Shown: in pieces, positions 1-11,000 of the stretch
Position numbering within the stretch: the stretch's first letter is position 1
Layout of the letters: each line of letters starts with the position of its first letter
From: Laetmonice hystrix
Lineage: Eukaryota
Direction of reading: 5' to 3'
Length of the DNA: 64,000 nucleotides
NCBI GenBank assembly: GCA_965235115.1
Contig: OZ249437.1
Location: 46,004,001 to 46,068,000, forward strand
Position numbers and translations under genes: made by a program
Notes under the pieces: generated by a model
What the model was told of the DNA's origin: nothing
The model's input: the letters and a program-made list of their open reading frames with translations, nothing else
Database searches by the model: none

Positions 1-226
1 TCTGGGGGCCTGGAGTGGCCCTCGACCTTCGGTTACATCTATATGGGGTTCCTGCGGCGCGAAGAAGACAGCGGTTGGACAACCCCCCCCCCCCCCGGTA
101 TCTAAGTTCTGCCCACACCCCTGCTTGATAGACGCTGTCACCTGCTCGTATAGGTTCCATATATAGGTCCGTCCGACTGTAACGTGAGATAAGTCTAACC
201 TTATATAGATCATCGAGATTCCACTT

Positions 227-1777
227 TTACTCAAACCTGAGCTTTCCGTAACTCCGCTGGAAGGGCAATGCCCAGTCACTGAGATGAAGAAGCCCAAGTT
301 GTTGGTGCGAGGCTTCGCTTACCACCTGAGACTTCCGACAATCAAGGTAGCGGTCACGTGGCAGATTACGAGAACAGATCTTTTGATGCCACAGATGAAA
401 TATGCCGGGGTCAGGGGCCCGGATAACGGTCAAGTTTTTTGTGTATACCAATCGCCGGTAGAGATCTAAGTCCTCAAAGCCCCAGCCAGTCGAACTGGAG
501 CGCTCCTTCCAACGGCTGTATCCACCAACCTGCAGGAAGTCGGACCTGTATATGCAGGTCATGCCATATCCAAAATCCCGCCAGAACCCGCTGTGTTTTG
601 ATATCTGGAGATAGCCTCTCACAGTAGACGGACCCCTTCCGTTAAAGAAATCTACAATCTTTTTATTGTACAAATTAAAAACGACAGGTGAGTAAATTGT
701 CTTGCCCGGCCTCGTGTGTGTGATACATCTATTAATAAAATCCTTCTGGAAAACAATATCAACGTCACAGAAAAACATGATATCGTCCCCTCCTGACCAG
801 TGTTCTACACCATACTGTATTGCTAGGGCCCTTGAAAAGGTCGATGAATTTAGAGCCAAGAAAGTTGTCCTTTCCCGCCAAAATGTGGCATCAGTCCGCT
901 GAATTATTGCTTTAGATTCGGCCAGCCCGGCACTGCCGAAGTAAACAACGGTAAGGTGAAGACTTGCGTCAGTGGAGGAAGCCACTTGAAAGAGTTGGTC
1001 TAGAAATCGATGAAATTCTTTCACTCTACCTTTCAAGGTTAATATGACATTAACTGTGCTGCGTTCGTTCCGAATGGCCTCAGCTGAAATACCTTGCAAT
1101 GGCTTAAACGGTTTCAGCAAAGTTACTCTGTGTCTTTTCGTCTGACTTCCTGCAGGGTTTAACGGATCCTCAAAGTCAATCTCATATTCAATGCCGACAC
1201 TCGGTCTCACTCTGTATAGGCCTCCAATGAAATGCCCCCTCGTCAAGTTCCCCCTCGTCCTGCCGTTTTTGAGGATGTTCCTCATGAACCCGTTGGCCGG
1301 TCCGTTATTATACTCGTTGATGACGTAATTGCCCACCGCGTTCAGATCCTCCTTGATTGCCCCTCGGAATCCCCCAAACTCCCGCGCCGGGTCGCGTTCC
1401 CCTGACCCGTCAAACCAATTGCTTATAGCATAAATCCCCTTCCGGTTAAACGACTGATAGGTGATGTCTTCTACGAGGTTTTCGCCTTTCAGCCTTGGTT
1501 CTGTTGGTGTCTCAGGGCGAACAGGAGGACGTCCCCTCAACGTATCTGAACTCAGTAATTCTTGAAGTTCGTAGAGTTTGGTCTTCAGTCGTTGTATTTG
1601 AGTTCTCAGAGCCTTCTCTTTGTGTCTGAACTCTCTCCTTGCTATTCCGGGGTCCTCATACCCTTCGCGCATGCCCGGAAGGAAGACAGTCAGGGCTAAG
1701 ACGGCCCAGGCAGCAATGAGAACGGTCAGAAATCTTGAGGGATGCCTCATCGAACAGGAACTCCAACGGCCCGGCAT
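227..1777 (-). CDS. CSGALNACT: Chondroitin sulfate N-acetylgalactosaminyltransferase (CSGALNACT1/2-like), single-exon, 516 aa type II membrane protein
   Basis: N-terminal TM segment (FLTVLIAAWAVLALTVFL) and coiled-coil stem. Family motifs LHLTVVYFG, FFCDVD (DxD), GFWRDFGYGMTCIYRSDF, WGFEDLDLY, HLWHQKIC and EASHQQLG match remembered vertebrate CSGALNACT motifs. Uninterrupted ORF; ATG at 1777, alternative ATG at 1750. Confidence 0.92.
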   Translation of the reverse strand: MPGRWSSCSMRHPSRFLTVLIAAWAVLALTVFLPGMREGYEDPGIARREFRHKEKALRTQIQRLKTKLYELQELLSSDTLRGRPPVRPETPTEPRLKGENLVEDITYQSFNRKGIYAISNWFDGSGERDPAREFGGFRGAIKEDLNAVGNYVINEYNNGPANGFMRNILKNGRTRGNLTRGHFIGGLYRVRPSVGIEYEIDFEDPLNPAGSQTKRHRVTLLKPFKPLQGISAEAIRNERSTVNVILTLKGRVKEFHRFLDQLFQVASSTDASLHLTVVYFGSAGLAESKAIIQRTDATFWRERTTFLALNSSTFSRALAIQYGVEHWSGGDDIMFFCDVDIVFQKDFINRCITHTRPGKTIYSPVVFNLYNKKIVDFFNGRGPSTVRGYLQISKHSGFWRDFGYGMTCIYRSDFLQVGGYSRWKERSSSTGWGFEDLDLYRRLVYTKNLTVIRAPDPGIFHLWHQKICSRNLPRDRYLDCRKSQVVSEASHQQLGLLHLSDWALPFQRSYGKLRFE

Positions 1778-1969
1778 TCTGCCCCTTTACTTCTCCAGGT
1801 TCTTCACTGACTGCAGCGGCTTACCAGCGGAGACCTGTAACCACCAGGCAAACTTCAGTGACACGACCTTTGCCCTTCGGACTCAATCATAGATCTACAT
1901 ATCGGAAGATGTGTGTAGGGGGGAGGGTCCATTGTCCTGCTCGACCACCAAAGCTTCCTTTTTAGGGAA

Positions 1970-2065
1970 GTGGCGGTGGCCGAGTGGGCATGGGCGTCGA
2001 TACCTTATGCTATGCGAATGGGTGCAGTAATCTTGGGGCCGGGGTTCGATTCCTGTAGAGGACTA
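1970..2065 (+). mobile_element. tRNA-derived SINE head or tRNA pseudogene fragment
   Basis: Pol III A box TGGCCGAGTGG (1977-1987) and B box GGTTCGATTCC (2043-2053); no convincing cloverleaf. Confidence 0.55.
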
Positions 2066-2269
2066 TACAACTTTTCTCTTTAGGGACATTGTCAAAAAGT
2101 AATTGGGTTACCCCTGATGCCCGTGCATTTCAAAAGAAAAATGAGATCCACATGTCTGAGGGAAGATAGGCCTACATGGAGGAAAAGAAGTTATTCGCGC
2201 GTCATTATGATACAGACGGTATAAAGGTATAGAACAGATTGATCTGTACATTACGAACGCCCATACAGC

Positions 2270-2530
2270 TGGGAACGAGGGGGCGGGGGCTGTCACGGGG
2301 GAATGCGGGGGGGGGGGGGTCTCGAGAGAAATGCTGGGGAAATGGTCACGGGGGGAAATGTCACCTGGAAACGCTGGAGGACTGTCAAAGGAGAATGTTG
2401 GGGGAAATATCACGGGGGAACTCCTGGGGGAACGGTCGCGGGGGACCCCTGAGGAAACGGTCATGGGGGAAATGCCGGTGGGAACTGTCATGGGGAACAC
2501 AGGAGGAACGTCACAGGGGGAAACGTCGAA
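2270..2530 (+). repeat. Degenerate G-rich repeat (GGGG(G)AAATG-like units)
   Basis: Recurring ggggaaatg / cgggggaa units; low-complexity ORFs on both strands. Confidence 0.55.
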
Positions 2531-3960
2531 TTGCGCATAAGCCTTCTGGGCTTTCGTAGTATATAAATGACCACTCTATAGGCCCTCCATAGTGGAGTCT
2601 TCACCAATCCAGGTAGGCCTATATAAATAAGCTTTAGATCTACTAGTCAATCGAAGCAAAATTTAAGTTTTCGAGAAAAAAAGGGCCGAGCAAAGAGTGC
2701 ACGGCCGAAACGTCTTACAATAATTAGACAACTTTTGTTTATATACTAATTTGGTTAAGTACTATTGTTTGATACTGAAATAATCCTGAAATATAAATCG
2801 GTCGAATACAAACAAAACTGATACAATATCAAAGAGCCAACTGCCTTTAAAAACAAAGCTAAGTGAATAGTAAGTAAATATTCAAACGACCTGCTATACC
2901 CCTTGGCTGAGGCATACACATTACAGAAAGGAGTCTTTAAAAGACTATGAATGATGCAGCGAACGTGCCAAGACCGCGACCGTGGCATCATATTGGAAGC
3001 GTTCCACAAACATACATGATGACTCTGTTTGAAAGACCACTAATGGTACTCGAGGCGATCGAAACAATTGCCTCCGTTAACACAGTTGCGACTTTAAACT
3101 TAGAACTACGCACCTTACCTACATGTAAGTCTTGTTATGAAACTTCCCTCGACCTCTGAACCCCGATCATGTGTACCGTCACCATAGGTCTGTCGTAGAG
3201 TTAGTCGTCATGGTTTTCTGACCTCGTCCTGACGCACACACCGTGAACACACAGCGACGACCTACGCTGTAAATTATACACTCTACCAGATTCCGTGGTA
3301 CGTTTGTCAAGTCGGCCGCGCTTTTGTTGGTCGTCATGCTCCCATTCGTCGGTGTTCTCGGTTGTCAGGGGTGACCCTGCCGCAAAATGATATTCTGTCC
3401 ACAGCACATTATGGGGTTATATTGCAGTGCCTGTCATTTATTCCGACATCATTCTGAGGAATACACTTTTTTCTACGATATATGTTTGTCAGGTAATTAG
3501 GGTAATTAATAATAAATTGTATTGTTATATATAGCGGGTAGTGTATGTATATCAGAATAATACTACTTTGAGGCCAGAGATGGGCGGATTATTTATGTAA
3601 TCGATTACACAAATAATCCGTCCATCTGCGGCCTCAAACGACACACCTGAATGTTGCTGCTTATAGGCCCATGTTGATACACTCATTTATTCATTGCTCG
3701 TGACCACACAATTCACATAGCTCTCATAAACGTACAAAATGTAATATCTTGTTTTAAAAAATGGATCCCACCACTACACCGATACATTATGGAAGCCCAG
3801 AGAGTAAAAGAGACGGATTACAAATGTGGTTTATCACTGTTTTAATCAAGTAGACTAAATTGCTCACTTCAAACACTGGATGCCGGGGTTGTTATCCACA
3901 GGTTCACACACACACGCATTTATAATTATCATTTCAAGAATTTCCAGTAAAGATTCACAC

Positions 3961-3966
3961 TTTATT
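3961..3966 (-). promoter_or_regulatory. Candidate AATAAA polyadenylation signal of the laminin gene
   Basis: AATAAA on the minus strand about 980 nt after the stop, followed about 45 nt downstream by a (GT)n GU-rich tract (3905-3915). Confidence 0.5.
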
Positions 3967-4253
3967 GACGAACTACAGAATTATAGTGAAAAGGAACATA
4001 AAGTTTAAAACATGTTACACTTATAAAGATTATAAGATCAGCACAGGAAAAATTGTGGTCCCTCAAATGTTTACATTAAAAACGTACATAGTCTACACAA
4101 TATGGGCAGAACGTAAAATTAGTTCGACGCTCTTAACCAATTGCTAGGGGAAAATGTACAAAAACATCTCAAACTCATCCCAGTTTACACTATATTATAA
4201 AAACATAATTAATTACATTTAATTGCACAATGCCAGGCCACAATGTTGGCCAG

Positions 4254-4492
4254 TTAAACTTCACCTTGCAAATCGCGACCCGAAAATGAGTAGGTATATC
4301 CTACAAGTTATGTATACTACTTCACGCACTGGGCTGTGAATGGTTCTTCCTTACAGATTCCATGTAGTTGCTATCATCTTGTACATCACCACTCATACAG
4401 TTTTCCTTTGATCCTCTGTAGCTGGAAAGGTGAAAAGTCCCTGCAGAACTGTGTAAATTTCAGGTCGCGAAATGCAGAGATATTACGTTTAA
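4254..4492. mobile_element. Degenerate TTAA-bounded MITE-like element
   Basis: Imperfect inverted ends ttaaac...tgcaaatcgcgacccgaaa / tttcaggtcgcgaaatgca...gtttaa. Confidence 0.4.
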
Positions 4493-4946
4493 ATACCTCT
4501 GTCGAACTTTATATCGCATGGTATCTACTACATCTGAAACGAAGTTAGCACCTTAGAGAATAAATCCGTATCCCTGAAATTGCTGCCGATAACTTGGAGT
4601 ACTTATGCTGCCCTATCGGCAGTCCTTTTCCAACAAAGTTTTATGTCTATTATGTTCTTAAATATCTAATCTAAAAAGATTACAATCTCATTTCAGCCTC
4701 CCAAGATTCAGAACCTCATGGGAACTTTTCCTGGTATCTAACTTTCACTTTTCTTGACAAGATGTACTTCTTGGCAGGAGGCAAAATACATAGGCCTACT
4801 ATAAAATGAGGTTTTGTATTTTGCATATGAGTCAGGAACGGAAATGTTGTGAACACAGCAATTTTTCTGTCACTGAAGAGCAAGAATTTCTGTTCGAATA
4901 TGTAACGTTTAAAGAGACGTTGTTGTAATGTTTACAGCTTTATCCT

Positions 4947-5098
4947 TTAGCTGTCGTTGACTGGGCATGCACTGATATGTACATCCTGAAGACGGTACAT
5001 GCTGTGCCAGTGTGCCACCGCACCATTCACGACAAGGTTCTTCATGCAGCCCTGGAAAAACTCGTTCGTGGTGGTCGCCCCTTGTGGTATCACGTACA
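4947..5098 (-). CDS. LAMA1/2: Laminin alpha last coding exon c63, end of LG5
   Basis: [17 protein letters not shown]...[11 protein letters not shown], then TAA at 4949-4947. Confidence 0.9.
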
Positions 5099-8000
5099 CT
5101 GCAGTGGATATCAAAGTGATACATTTCTAAACACAGCAACAGATTTCTTACGATTGTTCAAACATGATAAAAATTACGAGATCATTATATTGATGCAGCC
5201 AGTTGCATGTTTACGGCGGGGTTGGGTTGGGGGTGGAGTGTAGGTTTCTTTCAAGGACCCATATGCATTTTGCCATTTCAACGAATTGAAGAAGGGTAAA
5301 AATAGAGACCTCTGTAGAATTACAATGAAGGTATATCTGAGTAAAGTGAAGAGTGGAACAAGTTGTCTCGACCACCCTGCTTCCTTCCCTGTGCACCCAC
5401 CCACCTGGGAAACCGCCGAGGAAGAGCTCATGGAAGGTGTCGAGGCTCTGCTCGCCGCCGCCGCTGACGCCCGCCTCGAGACGCCCGCCATCAACACGTA
5501 ACGTCACGACGTTACGTAAATAACTCATCTCCACGTGGTGCCACCTGTTGTCACACAGACAGAACCGGCATTCACTCGATACGGCCGCGTACGCTCCGTA
5601 CGAATTGACTGCGCGGAAGGCCAGCTGGAAATAAAACGTATAGCAACCACTGGGACGTCAAAAACCGGCAGTTCTTTCTCTCTATACAACAGAATTAAGT
5701 TGTAACACCGAACAAAGAAACCGAAACCAAGACCGATTGACGTTCTCGAACAGGAGGTGGATCAAACACCCTCACAATGGTCTTTGATATCCCAGTACGC
5801 ATCTTATTGAGGCCCACAGTCTCTGCTTCAGAAAGTTTCAGTTATTCCCTTCTTCAAAGTCGTCCCCATTATTGAGACTACAGTCAGACGTTCCCTTTAG
5901 TCTAGACATAGGCGTACAATATGACCATAATTGTTCTTTTGTCCAAGAATTCTCAATAATGTCATAAATAAAACAAAAGTACAGCTACAGAAACGTTAGA
6001 GAATGGGCATTGCAACTCCTTTTCTCAACACACCTGGCCGTTACTCAATTCGAGCGCCAAGGCTGGTTCACCGGACGGGTGACTGATGCTCATGAGGACT
6101 CCATTCCAGCGGGCCGTCCGGAAGTCAAATTTCATGGAAAACTCAGACTGCACTTCGTACTCCTCAGCTGTAATACAAGCAGCCATAACTTAATAACATT
6201 GTTATATAATGAGTGAACTCAAGCCATAAGCTACCTTATATGGGCTAGGCCGACAGTGTATGGCAAATCCTAAATATAGCTTACAGTAAATAGCGTATCC
6301 AAAACCGTCGAAGTGGACACCTTGCTCAACCTGAGCGAAGCAAGGTCGGACGCCCATGATAGCCTTGGAGTTGATGATGTCGACAAACTTGCCGTTCAAG
6401 TAGAACCCTCTCATACAACCTTTGAAACTCTCAGCAATCTGTAAAGACACATTTTTTTAGACACTTCATGGTACTTATGCCAATTACGTGGGTCTCGAAC
6501 GGAGAGGAATCATGACCTTTGCCATAAGTAGAACTGAGCAAACAAAGTGTTGTTATACTGTATTTCGATGGAAACCGTTTGGTGGTTCAGTCGGCATTAG
6601 GATCTTTTAGTCAGAAAAAAATACTTTACCGGTCTCAACTTTACTTTGCAACACCTTTTAACATACCATTTCCATTTTGCAATCACCATTTGTTTCGTTA
6701 AAAAAGTTGATTTAGAGCACATATTTCTCTTACCGGCTACTTTTCTTAGCTCTGACATATTTCTTAGCTCTGACATATTTCTTAGCTCTGACATATTTCT
6801 TAGCTCTGACATATTTCTTAGCTCTGACATATTTCTTAGCCCTGTATATTTCTTAGCTCTTCCAATTTCTATCCTCCGCGTAATTCCACGCGTAACTTTA
6901 GGCAACAGGACTATCACTACATGCCCTTTTCCTTATATATTAATTTCAATTCCTTACAACCCTTACCATGAAATAGCACATGATCTGATATTACCAAAAG
7001 ATACTGAAACGACTTAGAAAAGGGAATGCTGATGTTTCTATCTCTTCCTGCTACAAGTCGTCGGACTGCTAAGAGACTGATCCAGCGCTCGCTTGATTTA
7101 TAGTCAGAGAAAAATTGTTTTAGACATGAATTCCATTCAGATTGGGAAGGTATTCGAGAATATTCCTTCTTTGTTTCGAGTCATCACGCCTGCATCTGGA
7201 TCTACCTCTGCAATATAATTTACTGAGACTTTATATATCAGTCAGGTCACACCATAATTGTCAAACGTCCCTCTTTGACATGCAGGTCAGAAATATGAAA
7301 GTGTCATTCCCTGAACCCATTAGCTCTCTGTGTCATAGAGGTGAAAATATCTCCGCTAAAAAAGAGAACGAAAGGGGAAATCCTTGCTCATTCACATGTC
7401 AATATGTCCCCGTCAGGGTGGTCAGGCTATCTGGTTAATTCACCTCAGAGTTAAATAAATCCCCAAGATAACTGTAACAGACAGACCAGAGAAAAGACAT
7501 CCAAATTCAACAGACTCAGAGTTTTGAATATACCGAGATCACACTACAGAACAATTCAATCTTCCACATGAAAAATCGAAGCAAAATGTAAATATAAGCC
7601 TGAAAATATGTGCGAAAATATGGTCTCAAGCACTCCAAGCCGATAGCTAAATACAATGGCAAACTTGACACGCCGCCTGCACTAGGCCAGCTCTAGGCGG
7701 GGGGACGAGGGTCACGGGGTCACAAAGGTCATCAACTGGTCACATGGCGAGTCTCAGTTCTTTCTAAACTAGAGCCATGAGTCAGAATCTGACCACACTG
7801 TACAACAAGTCGCAGCCGCCTAGACTGGGCCGCGTTTACACTAGAACTGTACACAGGGTGCGATAGCAGAGATTGGTGTCATACTTACGTATTTTAATTG
7901 CGTATGCAGCTGTAAAAAGCAATGTGTTTCATCCAGGTAAGATGACCGGCTTTCAATTTACTAGTAATTGTTTCAAACCAAGTCCATGCAAATCTGCTAC

Positions 8001-11000
8001 CGGCACGATGGCGAGTACAGATCATAGTCCTACAGTGGATTGTCCTGTACATGCACCAACATGCTGCGTCAAGATGCTGTGCGTCAATCAGAAGGGAGTT
8101 ACCCGTCCCCGTTTTGATTACGGTAGTCTTCAGATAACCAACTTAAGACCACCGGCTCTGGCCTGACATGCGACTCGATCCAACTCTCTCCATACTGTCT
8201 GCATGGCACAAGTATTCTTACAACTAAGGGTGTTACACACTTTACAATGCTAATGATTAATTTTCCTGGTAGATAAATATTTCGATTTTGTTAAGTATGT
8301 CAGTCTCTCATGTCTCATCCACAATTACACATACTGTCAGTTTTACACAGACCTCATTCAACCTTCACTGAATTACAAGAATCGTTGAAGAAAATAAAGC
8401 CTCAGAAGAATCGAGGTGTGAAGATTTCAGCTGAGAATGACCCGGTTCTGAGAAGTAACTGTTAGCCGTGTATCTGGATGAGACCATCAACAGAATCCTG
8501 ACTAGGTGCGCCGCCATGCTAGCCCGCCCTCCTGTTCCCCATCTACCCACCAGGGGGCGGTAGGGTATCACTCACCAGTCCTTCCCGTATTTGGTAGACG
8601 CGGGGAATGCCACCCACGTAGAGTGGCGCGATGACGTCAACCCGACGTGTGATCCGACCCATTATTCCTGGCGCACTGTCCATCTTCAGTGTGATACTCT
8701 TACGATTCTTGGTGACGATCACCTGTGCAAACAGTCAACCGTTTCTCATCATCTGCAGTAGTCGATCGGCGACTGCAATAAAGTTTCCAGACCAGCCCGT
8801 GGAAATGGTGGGACGGGGCAGGGGTAGACCGACTTCCAAGTGAAGTGAGGTCCATTTGCAGATGATGATGCTGACGATTAGGGTGCAGAAGTCTAGGTAT
8901 GGGGTCCGGGGGTAGGCTCCCTAGGAAAATGTTTGATGCATTGAATACCCGAAATCTATTATTACGAATACCGCAGTCAAACTTTCTCAAAATAGTATGA
9001 CGGGGATTAAACTGGGGCGGTGCCAGGCCTTATGATCATGAACCAATGGGAGATGGGGTGGGTATGGAAACCGATAGGTCTACAATGTCTGGGGTGGGTA
9101 TGGAAACCGATAGGCCTACAATGTCTGGGGTGGGTATGGAAACCGATAGGCCTACAATGTCTGGGGTGGGTATGGAAACCGATAGGCCTACAATGTCTGG
9201 GGTGGGTATGGAAACCGATAGGCCTACAATGTCTGGGGTGGGTATGGAAACCGATAGGCCTATGTCTGGGGTGGGTATGGAAACCGATAGGCCTACAATG
9301 TCTGGGGTGGGTATGGAAACCGATAGGCCTATGTCTGGGGTGGGTATGGAAACCGATAGGCCTACAATGTCTGGGGTGGGTATGGAAACCGATAGGCCTA
9401 TGTCTGGGGTGGGTATGGAAACCGATAGGCCTACAATGTCTGGGGTGGGTATGGAAACCGATAGGCCTACAATGTCTGGGGTGGGTATGGAAACCGATAG
9501 GCCTACAATGTCCGAGTAGTGTCTTACCGTGTGCCACTTGCCGTCGTCGACCAGACCCGGTGATTGGATAGTCCTGGTGACACCATGATCATCATACGAG
9601 ACCAGGACCCGTCCCTCGGCTAGCTGTACGGCGATATATTCAGTCTGTGCCTCGTTTGTCACGTAGAACACCAACCCTAGCTTGTAGTAGGTCTTCAGGT
9701 CGAGCGTAATGTTGAAACTTAACATAACGGAGACAACGTCAGATAACCCTTGTCATTAGGTACAATTAAGTACATTGTACTTGCCCCCTAACAACTATAT
9801 CTGAACGTCGACCAATAACGGCAGGGTTTATATAACACAACCGAAATCTAAATGTCCATCAAAAATGGGGGGGGGGGGTCAAAGATTTTCCAAGACTTTC
9901 ATGGTCATATGGTAATTTTGATGATAAAGTTTTTACAAAAATTTCTTTGTATTTTTGAAATATGTTAAGTTACTATAAGGGTTACCCAAGGCATGATCAA
10001 GATTTAGAAAATGTCTGACGTTCAAACCACTCTGGGGACGAAGCATACACTGTTTGAAGGAGGATATTGTACAGACTAAAATTATTTAATATTCCTGACA
10101 TTTGTAATGAACTAAATATTGAGTCCAAATAATCGTGCTATCAACCTGGGGTTTATAATACAGCAAACTGACCATGAAGATTATAAAGCTTTAGTATTGC
10201 ATTCTCACCTTCATCCCTGACCATTATATACACTCAAATCTTTTTTTCTGCCAATTTGCAATGTCATCCTTCAAACAATTTCTTTTTTTTCATTTCATCA
10301 CCTGACCACAAGGTCACCACCTGTCCTTGTACCCTTCAAGGCCTGAAGCAAGTGCTGGGCAGCAGCTAGACGCATAATAAGCCATGTCCATGTAGTACAT
10401 CTACGCCCCAGCAGGGGGCGTGACGACGTACATAGAAACATGGACCACACCTCTATAGTATTTCAACGAGAGCCTAACGGAGTCGTCACTAACCTGGTCA
10501 GACCAATAGGTGCGTGAGTTGGGGTTGGACTTAGATCAACATCAAGCTCATCTGGTTCTCCACTTTTAATGTCAAAACAGTCACATTAAATAGCACAAGG
10601 GAGCGTAAACTGGTGTGACCTGAATGAGGTTTGGTCGCTCTCACAAGGTTGACCGCCGACCTCTCTGCCCCACTGTGACATTGACGACTTCACCACAATA
10701 CATGACACCCACAGCTAGACCACCGAATCACCAGTACTCACTTTTCATTCATCTCAATCTTCTGTTTGCTTTCAATGTCAAGTGTAATTTTAAATCTTCT
10801 AATTTTAAATTAACTTGACCGGCATATATAATCACGATAGACGTAAAAGAGGCCAAACATCCCTGGTACATTTGGTGATCGCTGCTGGCATAGGTTAACA
10901 GTGCATGGCAAGCAGGTCCAACAACCAGGCGAAACTTTGTATAAATGTAGACATTATAACAATGCAAAACTTACTATCATATCTGTATTTTTTAAAGTAT

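Noticed and set aside
2108-2559. ORFs of 130, 106 and 69 aa
   Set aside because: Low-complexity translations of a degenerate G-rich repeat with no recognisable domain.
5174-5501. Overlapping ORFs in LG5 (MLMAGVSRR..., MKKGKNRD...)
   Set aside because: Alternative-frame or antisense shadows of the GC-rich exon c62.
9007-9571. Long repeat ORFs in other frames ([36 protein letters not shown])
   Set aside because: Artefacts of a stop-poor 36/33-nt minisatellite; there is no reason to think they are translated.
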